64,000 bases of DNA from an uncultured Candidatus Saccharibacteria bacterium (GCA_964430335.1 CAYSEN010000001.1:1653-65652), one strand, 5' to 3'. Counted from the stretch's first letter, positions 27,711 to 37,771 are shown. Translations and numbers: made by a program. Notes: generated by a model not told the origin, from the letters alone.

Positions 27711-29057
27711 TTAAAGCATTGTTCTAATCTGGTCTAATTCCTGGCTAAGACTCGTGTCCATTTTCAACTCCTCTTTAATCTTTTCACATGAATGAATCAC
27801 TGTTGTATGGTCTCTGCCTCCTAATTTCTGACCAATCAAAGGATAAGATATTCTGAAATCCTCTCTTAAGATGTACATTACAAGCTGTCTTGGTTTTACT
27901 ACTTCTTTTCTTCGGGTTTTTTCATAAATATCCGCTTCTTCTATGTTAAAGAAGCTTGCCACAGCCTTTGTTACTTCTTTAACCGAAATCGCTTTTTTAG
28001 GTTTCGCACTGTTTTTTATCAGATTTCTGACTTCAGCAATACCCAACTCTCTACCTTTGAGTTGAGATTGGCAGATTAGTACGTTTAGCATACCTTCAAG
28101 TTCTCGAATGTTTCCCTCAAGAGAGTTGGCTAGGTGATCTAAAACATCTTCTGAAACAGACACAGAAGACATCTGAGCTTTGGTTTTAAGAATAGCCAAC
28201 CTTGATTCCCTATCAGGTGTAGGAATGTCTACTATCATACCCGCAGAAAATCTGGATTTTAATCGGTCTTCTAGATTTTGAATGTAATTTGGATGCTTAT
28301 CAGATGAGAATACAATCTGCTTGTTACTTTCGTGCATAGTATTGAACAAATGGAACAACTCTTCCTGGGTTTTTTCTTTGTTTGAGAAGAATTGAATATC
28401 GTCCATGATTAAGATGTCATACTTTCTGTATTTATCCTTAAAAACATTGATTTTATTGGCTTGTACGGCGTTGATGTAATCTATGGCGAACTTCTCTGAG
28501 GTCACGTAAAATATTTTTTTACTAGGGTTTTGTGCCCTAGCGTAATTGCCTATAGCTTGTATCAAGTGAGTTTTACCGTGCCCTGTGTTTCCGTAAATAA
28601 ATAATGGGTTGTACACACTTCCTGGTTTTCTTGCCACAGCCTGAGCGGCGGCATGAGCCAATTCATTAAAAGGTCCAACAACAAAAGACTCAAACGTGTA
28701 TTTTGGATTTAAGTTGTTCTCTTTATCAACATACACATCCTGTAGGGGTAACTCAGCGGTAGGACTTGGTTGTTGACTTCTCGCATTCTCCGCTTCCCTT
28801 CTCTTGCCGTCATCCTTAGTGATTATGTATTCGAGCGCCCTTGTGTGCTCGTCGAGGTTTCTTAAGGACTTTAAGATTGTTTTGTGGTATTTGTTGAATA
28901 GCCAATCCTTAGCGAAGGCGTTTGGTACTGATATGAATACCACACCATCGTCTCTTTTGATTATCCTTGTATCCTTAAACCATGTGTTAAAGTTGGCTTT
29001 TGATACCGTCAGTTCGATTTCTCCTAGTACATTATTCCAGAGTTGCTCATTTTCCAT
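27711..29057 (-). CDS. dnaA: chromosomal replication initiator DnaA
   Basis: Walker A GNTGHGKTHL, box VII/sensor motifs, and a C-terminal DNA-binding domain KLGGRDHTTVIHSCEKI. Confidence 0.95.
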   Translation of the reverse strand: MENEQLWNNVLGEIELTVSKANFNTWFKDTRIIKRDDGVVFISVPNAFAKDWLFNKYHKTILKSLRNLDEHTRALEYIITKDDGKRREAENARSQQPSPTAELPLQDVYVDKENNLNPKYTFESFVVGPFNELAHAAAQAVARKPGSVYNPLFIYGNTGHGKTHLIQAIGNYARAQNPSKKIFYVTSEKFAIDYINAVQANKINVFKDKYRKYDILIMDDIQFFSNKEKTQEELFHLFNTMHESNKQIVFSSDKHPNYIQNLEDRLKSRFSAGMIVDIPTPDRESRLAILKTKAQMSSVSVSEDVLDHLANSLEGNIRELEGMLNVLICQSQLKGRELGIAEVRNLIKNSAKPKKAISVKEVTKAVASFFNIEEADIYEKTRRKEVVKPRQLVMYILREDFRISYPLIGQKLGGRDHTTVIHSCEKIKEELKMDTSLSQELDQIRTML

Positions 29058-29207
29058 AGTTTGAATGATTATTTAAGTCGTCTCATTATATACTTATTTA
29101 TAAAGGCATGAACTTGTGGAAAATCGTGAGATATGTTTATAATGTGTGAACAGTTTGGGGATAACGATACTCAACAATATAAATTTCAAGTATTTACTTA
29201 ATCTAAT
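29058..29207. promoter_or_regulatory. dnaA/rpmH divergent promoter region with weak DnaA-box variants
   Basis: TTGTGGAAA at 29114, TGGGGATAA at 29157 and TATAAT at about 29136. Confidence 0.35.
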
Positions 29208-29342
29208 ATGTCTTTTACATACAAACCAAAAAGAAAAAAGAGAGCTCGAACCCACGGTTTTCTTGTTAGACAAGCAAAACACGGAGGTAAGAGAGTGATA
29301 AAGAGCCGAAGAAGAAAGGGTCGCAAGAAGCTTACCGTCTAG
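29208..29342 (+). CDS. rpmH: 50S ribosomal protein L34
   Basis: Translates to MSFTYKPKRKKRARTHGFLVRQAKHGGKRVIKSRRRKGRKKLTV (44 aa), below the ORF-track cutoff. A classical L34 sequence upstream of rnpA. Confidence 0.85.
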   Translation: MSFTYKPKRKKRARTHGFLVRQAKHGGKRVIKSRRRKGRKKLTV

Positions 29343-29370
29343 TCTTCATCTCAATAGGTCATTTAATTTA

Positions 29371-29721
29371 ATGATCCCCTCAAAAAGAAAGGTTGGAAAA
29401 CACCTATTTAAAGCCGTTTTATCCAAAAACCGGTCATTTCATTCTGATCATTTTAATTTAAAAATAAGCAATATTGGTAAAAATAAGGCTAAGTTTTCGG
29501 TTGTAGTGTCTAAAAAGGTTGAAAAAACCGCAGTTAACAGGAACCTAACCAAAAGAAGGGTTTATGGTGTATGCAGACCGTTGATAAAAGACGTTGTTTC
29601 TGGAACTGTTGGTGTGTTTTTCGTGAAGAAAAGCGTTGTAGGTATACCTTTCAATGATTTGGAGCTAGAAGTCAAAAATCTGATTAGTAAAACTGGTATC
29701 ATCTCAAAAATTACGCTATAG
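29371..29721 (+). CDS. rnpA: RNase P protein component
   Basis: VVSKKVEKTAVNRNLTKRRV (RNR motif). Position between rpmH and yidC. Confidence 0.85.
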   Translation: MIPSKRKVGKHLFKAVLSKNRSFHSDHFNLKISNIGKNKAKFSVVVSKKVEKTAVNRNLTKRRVYGVCRPLIKDVVSGTVGVFFVKKSVVGIPFNDLELEVKNLISKTGIISKITL

Positions 29722-29730
29722 TGTTGGCTA

Positions 29731-30456
29731 ATGATAAGCCATATATTTAACCTAGTGTTTTACCAGCCGTTGTATAACGGCCTCATTCTTTTGATGGATC
29801 TTATTCCTTGGGCTGACGCGGGGGTCTGTGTTGTTATTTTTACAATACTGGTTAAGCTCGCCCTATTCCCTATTTCCCAGAAGGCCACAATCACTCAGCT
29901 TAAATTAAAGGCTCTAGAACGCGACTTAGCTGAGCTCAAGGAAAAGCATAAGGATGACAAAGAGGCTTACACTAGAGCCACTCTAGCTTTTTATAAAGAA
30001 AAGGATGTTAATCCATTCTCGACTTTTTTCCTCACCTTAATTCAAATACCTATAATTTTAAGTCTTTACTACATTTTTTACAGCGGAGGATTACCTGTGG
30101 TTGATAAAGCAATCCTATATTCTTTTGTTAAGGTTCCTGAGGTTGTCATGCACTTTTTAGGGTTTATAGATATTACACATGGTAGTATTTATCTAGCAGT
30201 TTTGGTTGCCGTCAGTCAGTATTTCCAAATTAAATTTTCAATGCCAGATCAAAAACCTCACACCCCTGGCACTTCAATGAAAGATGATTTTGCAAAGGTT
30301 CTAAATTTACAAATGAGATATTTCTTACCAGCTTTTGTAGGAGTCATTGCCTACAATATTTCTGGCGCCGTCTCTCTTTATTGGATCACTAGCAATCTTT
30401 TTGCCATAGGTCAGGAAATTTATGTAAGAAAGTCCTTTTTAAAAAGAACAACATAA
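29731..30456 (+). CDS. yidC: membrane protein insertase YidC (short form)
   Basis: Conserved TM1 region ILVKLALFPISQKA. 5 TM. Operon context. Confidence 0.85.
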   Translation: MISHIFNLVFYQPLYNGLILLMDLIPWADAGVCVVIFTILVKLALFPISQKATITQLKLKALERDLAELKEKHKDDKEAYTRATLAFYKEKDVNPFSTFFLTLIQIPIILSLYYIFYSGGLPVVDKAILYSFVKVPEVVMHFLGFIDITHGSIYLAVLVAVSQYFQIKFSMPDQKPHTPGTSMKDDFAKVLNLQMRYFLPAFVGVIAYNISGAVSLYWITSNLFAIGQEIYVRKSFLKRTT

Positions 30457-30465
30457 ATAAAATCT

Positions 30466-30954
30466 ATGCCTTTAGATAACACGGTTGAAATCATAAAGAA
30501 TATTCTAGGTTTAATGGGTTTAAGGTTTGATTCGGTGGAGAAGGTTGAAGATTCGAAATCGAATTATTTTAAGTATTTAATAAAAACAGAAGAATCGGGA
30601 GTATTGATAGGTCCAAACGGAGCGAATCTAGATGCTTTAAATTACTTAGTACGAAAAATTGTTAGTAAGCAAAATGGCGACGAAACCTCAGCTAAGTTCT
30701 CTATTGATGTGAATGGATATCACGATAAAGCCCTTGAGTCCTTGAAGACTAAGGCAAAAATAATGAGCGACAGAGCCAAATCTTTTAAAATTGATGTAGA
30801 ACTAGACCCTATGTCGTCTTACGAGAGAATGATCGTTCACTCACACCTCGAAGGTGTTCCAGAAATTAAAACCGAATCAATCGGTGAAGGTTCTAGTAGA
30901 AGAGTGGTAATAAAATATATCGGAGCTGTCTCGAATCCAGAGAAATTTATTTAA
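30466..30954 (+). CDS. khpB: Jag/KhpB RNA-binding protein (KH plus R3H)
   Basis: R3H motif YERMIVHSHLEG. Follows yidC. Confidence 0.75.
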   Translation: MPLDNTVEIIKNILGLMGLRFDSVEKVEDSKSNYFKYLIKTEESGVLIGPNGANLDALNYLVRKIVSKQNGDETSAKFSIDVNGYHDKALESLKTKAKIMSDRAKSFKIDVELDPMSSYERMIVHSHLEGVPEIKTESIGEGSSRRVVIKYIGAVSNPEKFI

Positions 30955-32192
30955 TTTGATCCGAGTCTAAGGCTCCAGATATGATAATCAATTTTGTTGG
31001 TTATCATTAGGTAATCTTCTTTAGGGCTAAGCATGAGGTTCATTCCGTCTATATCTTTCTTAGCGTAGTCTTTCAATCTCAATAGTAATTCCCCTGATCC
31101 GGTATCCGTATTTATTTTCCATATTTCATCTGAAAACAAAACTTGTCCTTTATACCAAGAGTCCGGGTACAAACCTTGCGGAATATATGATGGAACACTG
31201 CAATAGATAATTTCTTGGTTATTCTTTGACCAGACACATTTTTCTGGGAATGTAGAAACTGGCGTGTCGGTTACCTTCCCTGTTTTGAAGGAATAGATCT
31301 TAAAATTTATTCCACCTGATGTGCTTTCCGAATAAACTGCGCGCTCGCCTTTCAAATCAGTTTTAGTGGTCAGTCCATTTATGTTAGATATCGCCTTTGT
31401 TAATTGGCCGTTTTTAGCATTTAGCATAAACATTACCCCACCGGCGCCTGCAGATGGTTTCGATGTTATTGTGATAATGTTTGAGCTAGGCCAATCAACT
31501 AGCCACTCCGTAAGTGGTGAATCAAAAATTTGTGTCCTTTTAGCGTTATCAAAATCTGCCACAATTCCGTTACTGCCAACCGAACTCTGGAGTAAATAAA
31601 AGATTTTATCTTTGTCTGGGTTGATTGTGATTGATTTGATATTTTCCGCCATAAAATTACCACCCAAAGCACCGTCTGGATGATCAGAGTTTTTGTCCTG
31701 TATGTAGGCGTTGTATGACTTTATGTTATCGCTATCATCCTCCGCGTATCTTATTATTATTTTCTTCCCTGTTTTGTCCCAAATCGCTTCTTCGATTTTT
31801 GGAATGGTCGTGTTGGTCACTCGATCCTCGGCGTCATTTTGGGGACTAACATTGTATACATTACCTGTCCCTTTTTCTATAAAGCTAACAATAATATTTG
31901 ACGAACTCGCCGTGATTGTCGCTCCTGCAATCGGTCTGGTTGAGAGTTCTTTTAAAACAGGGATAAACGCGTTTCCTGTCGGTGTTTCGCTCTGGCTGGG
32001 TGTGCTAGTACCGATGTTTGTTTCTGGGCTGGGATTCTCACCTCCTGGGAAGGGGTTTTCGATTTTAGGGTTTTGGTTTTGGTTTGAATCTACCTTATTG
32101 TTATTTTTTGTATAAAAATAGAAAACAAGCAGGCCTCCTGAAACCAGAAGCAAAACCAAAATAATTATGATGATAGCGGTTTTTTTAGACAT
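30951..32192 (-). CDS. N-terminally anchored extracytoplasmic protein (operon member)
   Basis: TM IIIIILVLLLVSGGLLVFYF followed by a beta-rich domain. Last gene of the minus-strand operon. Confidence 0.5.
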   Translation of the reverse strand: MSKKTAIIIIILVLLLVSGGLLVFYFYTKNNNKVDSNQNQNPKIENPFPGGENPSPETNIGTSTPSQSETPTGNAFIPVLKELSTRPIAGATITASSSNIIVSFIEKGTGNVYNVSPQNDAEDRVTNTTIPKIEEAIWDKTGKKIIIRYAEDDSDNIKSYNAYIQDKNSDHPDGALGGNFMAENIKSITINPDKDKIFYLLQSSVGSNGIVADFDNAKRTQIFDSPLTEWLVDWPSSNIITITSKPSAGAGGVMFMLNAKNGQLTKAISNINGLTTKTDLKGERAVYSESTSGGINFKIYSFKTGKVTDTPVSTFPEKCVWSKNNQEIIYCSVPSYIPQGLYPDSWYKGQVLFSDEIWKINTDTGSGELLLRLKDYAKKDIDGMNLMLSPKEDYLMITNKIDYHIWSLRLGSN

Positions 32193-33287
32193 TTAATTAT
32201 TTGGCCAATTTCTGCAACTAAGTAGAATATGACTCTTGCCAGATGTCTGACCTGTTTGATCCGCACAAGCCTTTTTAATAATTTCGATTGTTTCATCGGC
32301 TTTTTTTCTTATTGCCTTTGCTAGCTCTGGGTCACTATACTGATTATTTGCCCTACTTATTGCGGCGACAGCTTCATTGTCTACCGTTCTCATCATCTCG
32401 TTGGCAATCTTAGAGTTCCCTTTGTTTATATCGTTGAAGGCTATGAACGGAGCGGTAATATTTAAATTTTGAAATTTATCTAACTCCAATTTTTTAGCAG
32501 CGGGCTCGTCATTGAACCTAAGCATGTCTTTTATTTCGTTGTTAAAACTACCAATCATTAATTTTTGATAGCCTGACGCATTTTGAGCACTATCAGCAGA
32601 CAGGTCATTTACCGTCTGATTAACAGCAAGTCTCCTATTCATTTCTATTGCTTTTTGTGATTCCATTTGCAACGCGTCTTTTTCCAGTTTATCAGCTGCG
32701 TCCCTCATGGCCACATAAGATTCTGGACTGGTTGCCTGATCCATTTGAGACCGGATCTGATTAGCCGTGGCCTTCTTTTCATCGGCGGTTTTTGTTACGT
32801 CAGCAACTTCTTGTCGCAATTTAGTATAAAGATTATCGAGGGTTTGAAGATCTGTCGGAGCCAGAATTTCTTTACCAGCCTTTGCCTGCTTCCAGAATAG
32901 AAAATTCATACTCACGAGCGTTGGGTCAATGGTATACAAAATAATGTAGGAAGTAAGAGCAAGTATAAGCCCTCCAATAGCTCGCTCTATTCTCGCCTTC
33001 CCTTCCTCTTTTCCTGTAATAGCGTCGGTCGATAGGTATTCAAAACCGCCAAGAACTATCATTAAGAATGCCAAAATACCTGCTAAAGCAATCCCGACTT
33101 TAAATGAACCAATTAAATAAACAGAAAGGTTGGTAGCACATGGTGGAGTGGCACAGTTGGGCGTCGTGCCTGGGATAGGCGCAAGTGGTACATAGTCAGC
33201 TGCCGAGAGTGTTAAAACTGGTAAAAGAAAAAAACTTAGGATTAGCAGAGTTTTAAATAGGCTGTTTTTTATTTTTTTTAATCGCAT
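32193..33287 (-). CDS. membrane protein with VirB2/TrbC-like N-terminal module (signal peptide plus two hydrophobic helices) and coiled-coil C-terminus
   Basis: Signal peptide, then VGIALAGILAFLMIVLGG ... AIGGLILALTSYIILYTI with a short charged loop between. The pilin-like topology is only suggestive. Confidence 0.4.
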   Translation of the reverse strand: MRLKKIKNSLFKTLLILSFFLLPVLTLSAADYVPLAPIPGTTPNCATPPCATNLSVYLIGSFKVGIALAGILAFLMIVLGGFEYLSTDAITGKEEGKARIERAIGGLILALTSYIILYTIDPTLVSMNFLFWKQAKAGKEILAPTDLQTLDNLYTKLRQEVADVTKTADEKKATANQIRSQMDQATSPESYVAMRDAADKLEKDALQMESQKAIEMNRRLAVNQTVNDLSADSAQNASGYQKLMIGSFNNEIKDMLRFNDEPAAKKLELDKFQNLNITAPFIAFNDINKGNSKIANEMMRTVDNEAVAAISRANNQYSDPELAKAIRKKADETIEIIKKACADQTGQTSGKSHILLSCRNWPNN

Positions 33288-33292
33288 TTTAT

Positions 33293-34306
33293 TTAAAATT
33301 GAACCTCACTTGTTTTTCCAAAACTCAAAGAGATGTCATTTGCTGCCATTTGGAACATCTTATCTGGGTTTGAAATTTGAAGGCTTACAAAGGATACACC
33401 TTTTGTGTCTTTGTCTTGCCTAAAAATTAAAGTGCTTTTGTTACCAGAATTTACAATGTTGCCATTTTGTCTCCATTCATATTTCAAATTATTACCTTCC
33501 CTCTCTTTTGCGCCAATAAAATATGGAATACCGACAATGCTTATTTCAGATTGACTAAGTACTGTATTGCTACTTAAGGCTCTGTTGTACTGTATTCCAT
33601 ATATAGGACTGTTTTCATAAAACAAGAGTTGAGGCAGTTGAGGTGCTAGGGAAATTGTTTTTGAAGCGTTGTATTTTTTATCTAACGTGGACACATCTAC
33701 TGATATTTTAACTGTGTTTGGCAACGTTCCGCCAGTGTAAATCATGTAATTTTTACCTAAACCTGAGGCTTGGGAAACTGCATCTCCGTCTATTGACCAC
33801 GTGTATACTAGATTTTTAGAAGATTCCTGAACGCCTCCGATAACAATGTTTGGCACTGCGACAATCTTAACACTCCCCTGCATTGGATAGATGGCCTTAC
33901 CTTTATAGAAAGGAGGTGTATAGGATTGTGCCTCCCAAATCAAATCCACATTTGCCGGGTTAATGTTTAGAGTTTGTTGGTATGATTGCCCATTCTTGTC
34001 TTTTATTAAAACAAGAATGTTTGTACTGCTACCAATGGGGCCAGTTTTAAACATTAATGTTTTGTCACCAGTGGCCTCCTTTTCTAGTTGACCGTTAATG
34101 AACCAAGATATTTCAGTTCGGTTTAAATCAATTGCATAGCTCTCCAAATTAACTTTAACGAATTGGTTTGGTCCGGGATAAGTAGGATCAGTGGTTATCA
34201 GTATGTTGTTTGAACTTCCAGAACCGCCTAATACTTGAAGGTCGGCAAATGATACTAAAGGTAATAAAAATAAAGCTATGAGAAATGTGATTGAAACAGG
34301 TTTCAT
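33293..34306 (-). CDS. secreted beta-rich repeat protein (operon member)
   Basis: Signal peptide. Repeated roughly 90-aa Ig-like segments. Confidence 0.5.
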   Translation of the reverse strand: MKPVSITFLIALFLLPLVSFADLQVLGGSGSSNNILITTDPTYPGPNQFVKVNLESYAIDLNRTEISWFINGQLEKEATGDKTLMFKTGPIGSSTNILVLIKDKNGQSYQQTLNINPANVDLIWEAQSYTPPFYKGKAIYPMQGSVKIVAVPNIVIGGVQESSKNLVYTWSIDGDAVSQASGLGKNYMIYTGGTLPNTVKISVDVSTLDKKYNASKTISLAPQLPQLLFYENSPIYGIQYNRALSSNTVLSQSEISIVGIPYFIGAKEREGNNLKYEWRQNGNIVNSGNKSTLIFRQDKDTKGVSFVSLQISNPDKMFQMAANDISLSFGKTSEVQF

Positions 34307-34333
34307 GTACTAATATTTTATCACAGAAAAAAA

Positions 34334-35236
34334 TTATTCAGTTAAGCTGTTTTCCTCATCTTCTTTAGCCTTTTTTCTTTGACCGTAAGAGAGAGATAAA
34401 TCTAGCAAATTACTTCTAAACTTTAAGGCGTCTTTGCTTTTTTGCCTCTCCTCGTTGTTTGCGCTCCCCCTTAGGTCTAGGCTGTTAGGATCTGAAGCGT
34501 CATCTTCCGCCCCTTGGTCAGAATTATTGTTACTATAACTTCTGCTTTCACGACTGGTCTGCCTTCTCGAGGTTTTTTGTTTCGGTGTGCTGTTTCTGTT
34601 GTTTTGATTTTCCTCCCCGATTGCTCCTTCATTGTTGTCTCCCAATTCACCACCATCTGAGTCTCCGTTTTCTTGATCATCATCCCCCTCCTCATCTTCG
34701 TCATCTAATTCCGGAGGAACGGATTCGTTTTCTGCCACCTCACCCGCTAGAGAGGCTCCTTCGGCACCAGCACCTACTTCTGCCCCTACCCCAGAGGCCA
34801 CAGCTCCTTCAGCTGCCAAAGAAGCACCTCCTGTTTCAGGAGCCAAAGCCACAGCTCCGGCAGCCACCGCGACTTTTGCAATTTTTGCTAATTTCTTTTC
34901 AGCTTCTACGGAAGCGTACATTACAATCCCGTCTAAAAACCAAAATGGCATCGCGTCTACGTCAGGAATCTCTTCTAGTAAAAACCCTAAACTGACAGTT
35001 AGTATTTTAGGTGCGTCAAAATTTACTCCTCTTAAATATAGATATGTCGGCCAAGCAAGTCCTGTAGCGAAGCTAATAAAACGATTCAAGAGTGTCCCTA
35101 CAGTTGCTATGAAAGGAATTCCAATCCAATCCAACACAAATTGGGCAATATCAATAATGCCGAGAATGGATATAACCATTCCCCACTCTAGTTTGCTGAT
35201 GTTTGGGCCACTTTTTTTAGCTTTTTTCTCGGCCAT
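34334..35236 (-). CDS. membrane protein with Ala/Gly-rich region and disordered acidic C-terminal tail
   Basis: 3-4 TM helices, then a DDEDEEGDDDQENGDSDGGE tail. Confidence 0.5.
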   Translation of the reverse strand: MAEKKAKKSGPNISKLEWGMVISILGIIDIAQFVLDWIGIPFIATVGTLLNRFISFATGLAWPTYLYLRGVNFDAPKILTVSLGFLLEEIPDVDAMPFWFLDGIVMYASVEAEKKLAKIAKVAVAAGAVALAPETGGASLAAEGAVASGVGAEVGAGAEGASLAGEVAENESVPPELDDEDEEGDDDQENGDSDGGELGDNNEGAIGEENQNNRNSTPKQKTSRRQTSRESRSYSNNNSDQGAEDDASDPNSLDLRGSANNEERQKSKDALKFRSNLLDLSLSYGQRKKAKEDEENSLTE

Positions 35237-35248
35237 TTGCTAAGGGTT

Positions 35249-37066
35249 TTACTTCTGGTCGCTGCTTTCCAAATCTTGTTTTGCCTGCTTGATCGCAAGT
35301 AGTTGTGACGGGTCTGAGGTGATGATCTGGTCTTCAGTGTACGAAGCGATCACTTTTATAGCGACGTGCTTTAGTCCCACGAAGAAAATTCCCTCACCTA
35401 CGTCCGATTCGAGTAGCAGATATTTTTCTTCATCAGTAAGACTAAAAGTTTTTTGAATTTTATCAATAGACGAGGGTGATTGTTTTAGCAACATTTGAAT
35501 AGAAGAGTTCGTGATGATAGGTAGTCCGTATGGAGATTTTAGGAAGTCGTCCACGTCTTGAGTAATGGTTGAAAGACCAAGGTAATATTTTCTTCCTCTT
35601 TTTGCCAGTCCAAGTAGGAATGAAGCCGTATCTTCTGATTTCATCATCCACCAAGCCTCGTCGATAACCAAAAGTCTTTTCTTAAGGTTTTTACGAATGG
35701 CGTTCCAGATGTAGTGCATGACTATATACATCGCCACCGGCTTTAGTTCATCTTCCATGTCTCTAAGAGAAAATACGATAAATTTACTATCAATATCGAT
35801 GTTTGAAGGTCGGTTAATAAAACCAGCCCAAGTTCCTCTTGTGTATTTACTTAGTCTTTGGACCAAAGAGTCCGCTCCTTCCATTCCAGCCAATACCAAT
35901 TCAAAATCAGACAGAAGTGGTGGCTCTACATTTCTAAAATCTGAATCAGGTGAAATGTCTTTGAGTGCGTACGTTTCGCTGATTGCGCGGTCTATAAGAG
36001 CGTCTTCCTCTGGTGTTAGGCCCCCTAACATGATTCTGAAAAGGCCAACAAGGTTAATTATGTTAGAGCGTAAAACATCTGCTGGTGACTCGTCTTCTCT
36101 TGGAATAGGCAAATCAAATGGGTTTATATGATGACTTGAGTTTAGTGAAATCGTAAAGTACTTCCCTCCCGTAGCCTCTGCCATATATTCGTATTCTCTT
36201 TCAGGATCAATCACGATAACTTCTGTATCAAACATCAAAGTTCTTAAAATTTCCAATTTGGTATTGTAACTTTTACCAGAACCAGATTTCGCAAAAGTAA
36301 TTGAGTTGTAGTTTTCCAAACTAAATCGATCAAAAAGCACAAGCGAAGAATTATGTCTGTTGATTCCGTACAAAATACCTTTGTCAGAAGTTAGGTCGAA
36401 AGAAGTGAATGGAAAAAGCGAAGAAAGAGGTTCAGAATTTAACTTCGAATGAATCATGAGTTCATCCTTAGCCATTGGCATAACACTTCGGAAACCTTGT
36501 TCTTGTTGGAAGAGTGCAGGCTTAATGTAAATCAATTTCGATTCCAAAAGTGATTTTATCTCCGACTCAATTTTGTCGAGCTCTGCATCAGAGTCTGCGT
36601 AAATAGACATGTACAGACCAACATCAAATAATTTTTCCTGAGCTTGCATCAAATTGTCACGCAACCTCTCAAGGTCTTGATATGCAGTATCTAGCATCGG
36701 GTCTCTGACCAGCCCTTTTTTCTCCCTAGTGCTGATTTGGCTTTGAACCTCGGCCACTTTTTTCTGAAATTGTCTCAAGACAGTGGCTGTGTCTATCGGG
36801 TGAATCATTATGGAAATATCAAAAACCTTGTCTAGGTTTATGATAGGAGAAAACCACCCAGCTGAAAGAAATCTAGGATATGAAATTACGAAAAAAGTTC
36901 TTACGATTTTATCACCCAAGTTTAGCGCTCTCGGACTAACCTTTAGAGCTGATGGTGCTATAACATCCTTAAGCTCTAATACACCTGCCTCGTAAATTTC
37001 TTGTGGAAGAATCGAGGCGATGTCTGGAGTCTTATCTTTGCTTTTTAGAAAATCAAATAATCCCAT
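35249..37066 (-). CDS. virB4: VirB4/TrbE-family T4SS ATPase, C-terminal roughly 605 aa (middle plus ATPase domains)
   Basis: Walker A FAKSGSGKSY, Walker B RLLVIDEAWWMM and upstream VIDPEREY. Start set at MGLFDFLKSK. The ORF-track upstream extension to 37171 is in the overlapping frame. Confidence 0.8.
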   Translation of the reverse strand: MGLFDFLKSKDKTPDIASILPQEIYEAGVLELKDVIAPSALKVSPRALNLGDKIVRTFFVISYPRFLSAGWFSPIINLDKVFDISIMIHPIDTATVLRQFQKKVAEVQSQISTREKKGLVRDPMLDTAYQDLERLRDNLMQAQEKLFDVGLYMSIYADSDAELDKIESEIKSLLESKLIYIKPALFQQEQGFRSVMPMAKDELMIHSKLNSEPLSSLFPFTSFDLTSDKGILYGINRHNSSLVLFDRFSLENYNSITFAKSGSGKSYNTKLEILRTLMFDTEVIVIDPEREYEYMAEATGGKYFTISLNSSHHINPFDLPIPREDESPADVLRSNIINLVGLFRIMLGGLTPEEDALIDRAISETYALKDISPDSDFRNVEPPLLSDFELVLAGMEGADSLVQRLSKYTRGTWAGFINRPSNIDIDSKFIVFSLRDMEDELKPVAMYIVMHYIWNAIRKNLKKRLLVIDEAWWMMKSEDTASFLLGLAKRGRKYYLGLSTITQDVDDFLKSPYGLPIITNSSIQMLLKQSPSSIDKIQKTFSLTDEEKYLLLESDVGEGIFFVGLKHVAIKVIASYTEDQIITSDPSQLLAIKQAKQDLESSDQK

Positions 37067-37070
37067 ATTT

Positions 37071-37721
37071 TTATTTAACTTGAATTGGCTTTTCGGTGTC
37101 ACCCGGATTAAATATTTTGTAGAAAAGTTCCACCACCTCTTCTGTTCCGAGCAAAACTGCTCTAATACCACATCTCATAAGTCCTTGTTCTACAACGGAA
37201 ATTCTCTGTAGCAGTTGGCTTCGGCTCTCCTCAAATGCATCTTGTTTTCTCTGCGATTTTTCAACCGCTTCTTTTCTGGTCAAGAATTTTCCTGCTAATT
37301 CTATCACTCCCCCTTTGGCTTGGAGAGGTGCTGGAGCGTAGGGTATGACAACAAAAAAGGTCTTAGTCATAATGCTCGTGCTTTCTGTAAAATTTTTGAT
37401 GAATTCTATGTACTCTCTTGTTTGAGTTTTCATCAGATCAGTCGTCTGGTTTTTGTAGGTCTCTTCTAGGAGTGCAATATATGGTCTGATATCCAATTTT
37501 CTCGATTCGATAAATAGTTGCACGGAAAAATCTAGAGAATTTAGAAAGTTCTGGAATTGCAATATGATAGCGTTTTGGTTGTCCTCAGACTTTAGTGCAA
37601 AGTTTAAAGACGAAGTCATGACTATTCCACGAAACGAGCCGTCTCTAAGCACGACAATACCGTCCCGAACCTCTTTGATCGGTACGAATTCTTGAGTCGC
37701 CTTAGAACTTTCTGTCGCCAT
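37071..37721 (-). CDS. VirB4 N-terminal domain encoded as a separate 216-aa ORF
   Basis: FVPIKEVRDGIVVLRDGSFRGIVMTSSLNFALKSEDNQNAIILQFQNFLNSL...VQLFIESRK matches, from memory, the first 100 aa of Agrobacterium VirB4 (PYIGHLSDHIVLLEDGS...GVAFELEE...FNTLLRNI...VSIYAHLVRH). The stop TAA lies 4 nt before the ATG of the ATPase ORF. Confidence 0.6.
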   Translation of the reverse strand: MATESSKATQEFVPIKEVRDGIVVLRDGSFRGIVMTSSLNFALKSEDNQNAIILQFQNFLNSLDFSVQLFIESRKLDIRPYIALLEETYKNQTTDLMKTQTREYIEFIKNFTESTSIMTKTFFVVIPYAPAPLQAKGGVIELAGKFLTRKEAVEKSQRKQDAFEESRSQLLQRISVVEQGLMRCGIRAVLLGTEEVVELFYKIFNPGDTEKPIQVK

Positions 37722-37771
37722 GCCTTGTATTATAACTTAGATTGCGATTGTTATTAACGATTTTTCTGTGC

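Noticed and set aside
34585-34995. 136-aa plus-strand ORF rich in Pro/Leu/His
   Set aside because: Antisense to the low-complexity acidic tail of the 34334-35236 gene. It is a low-complexity artefact.
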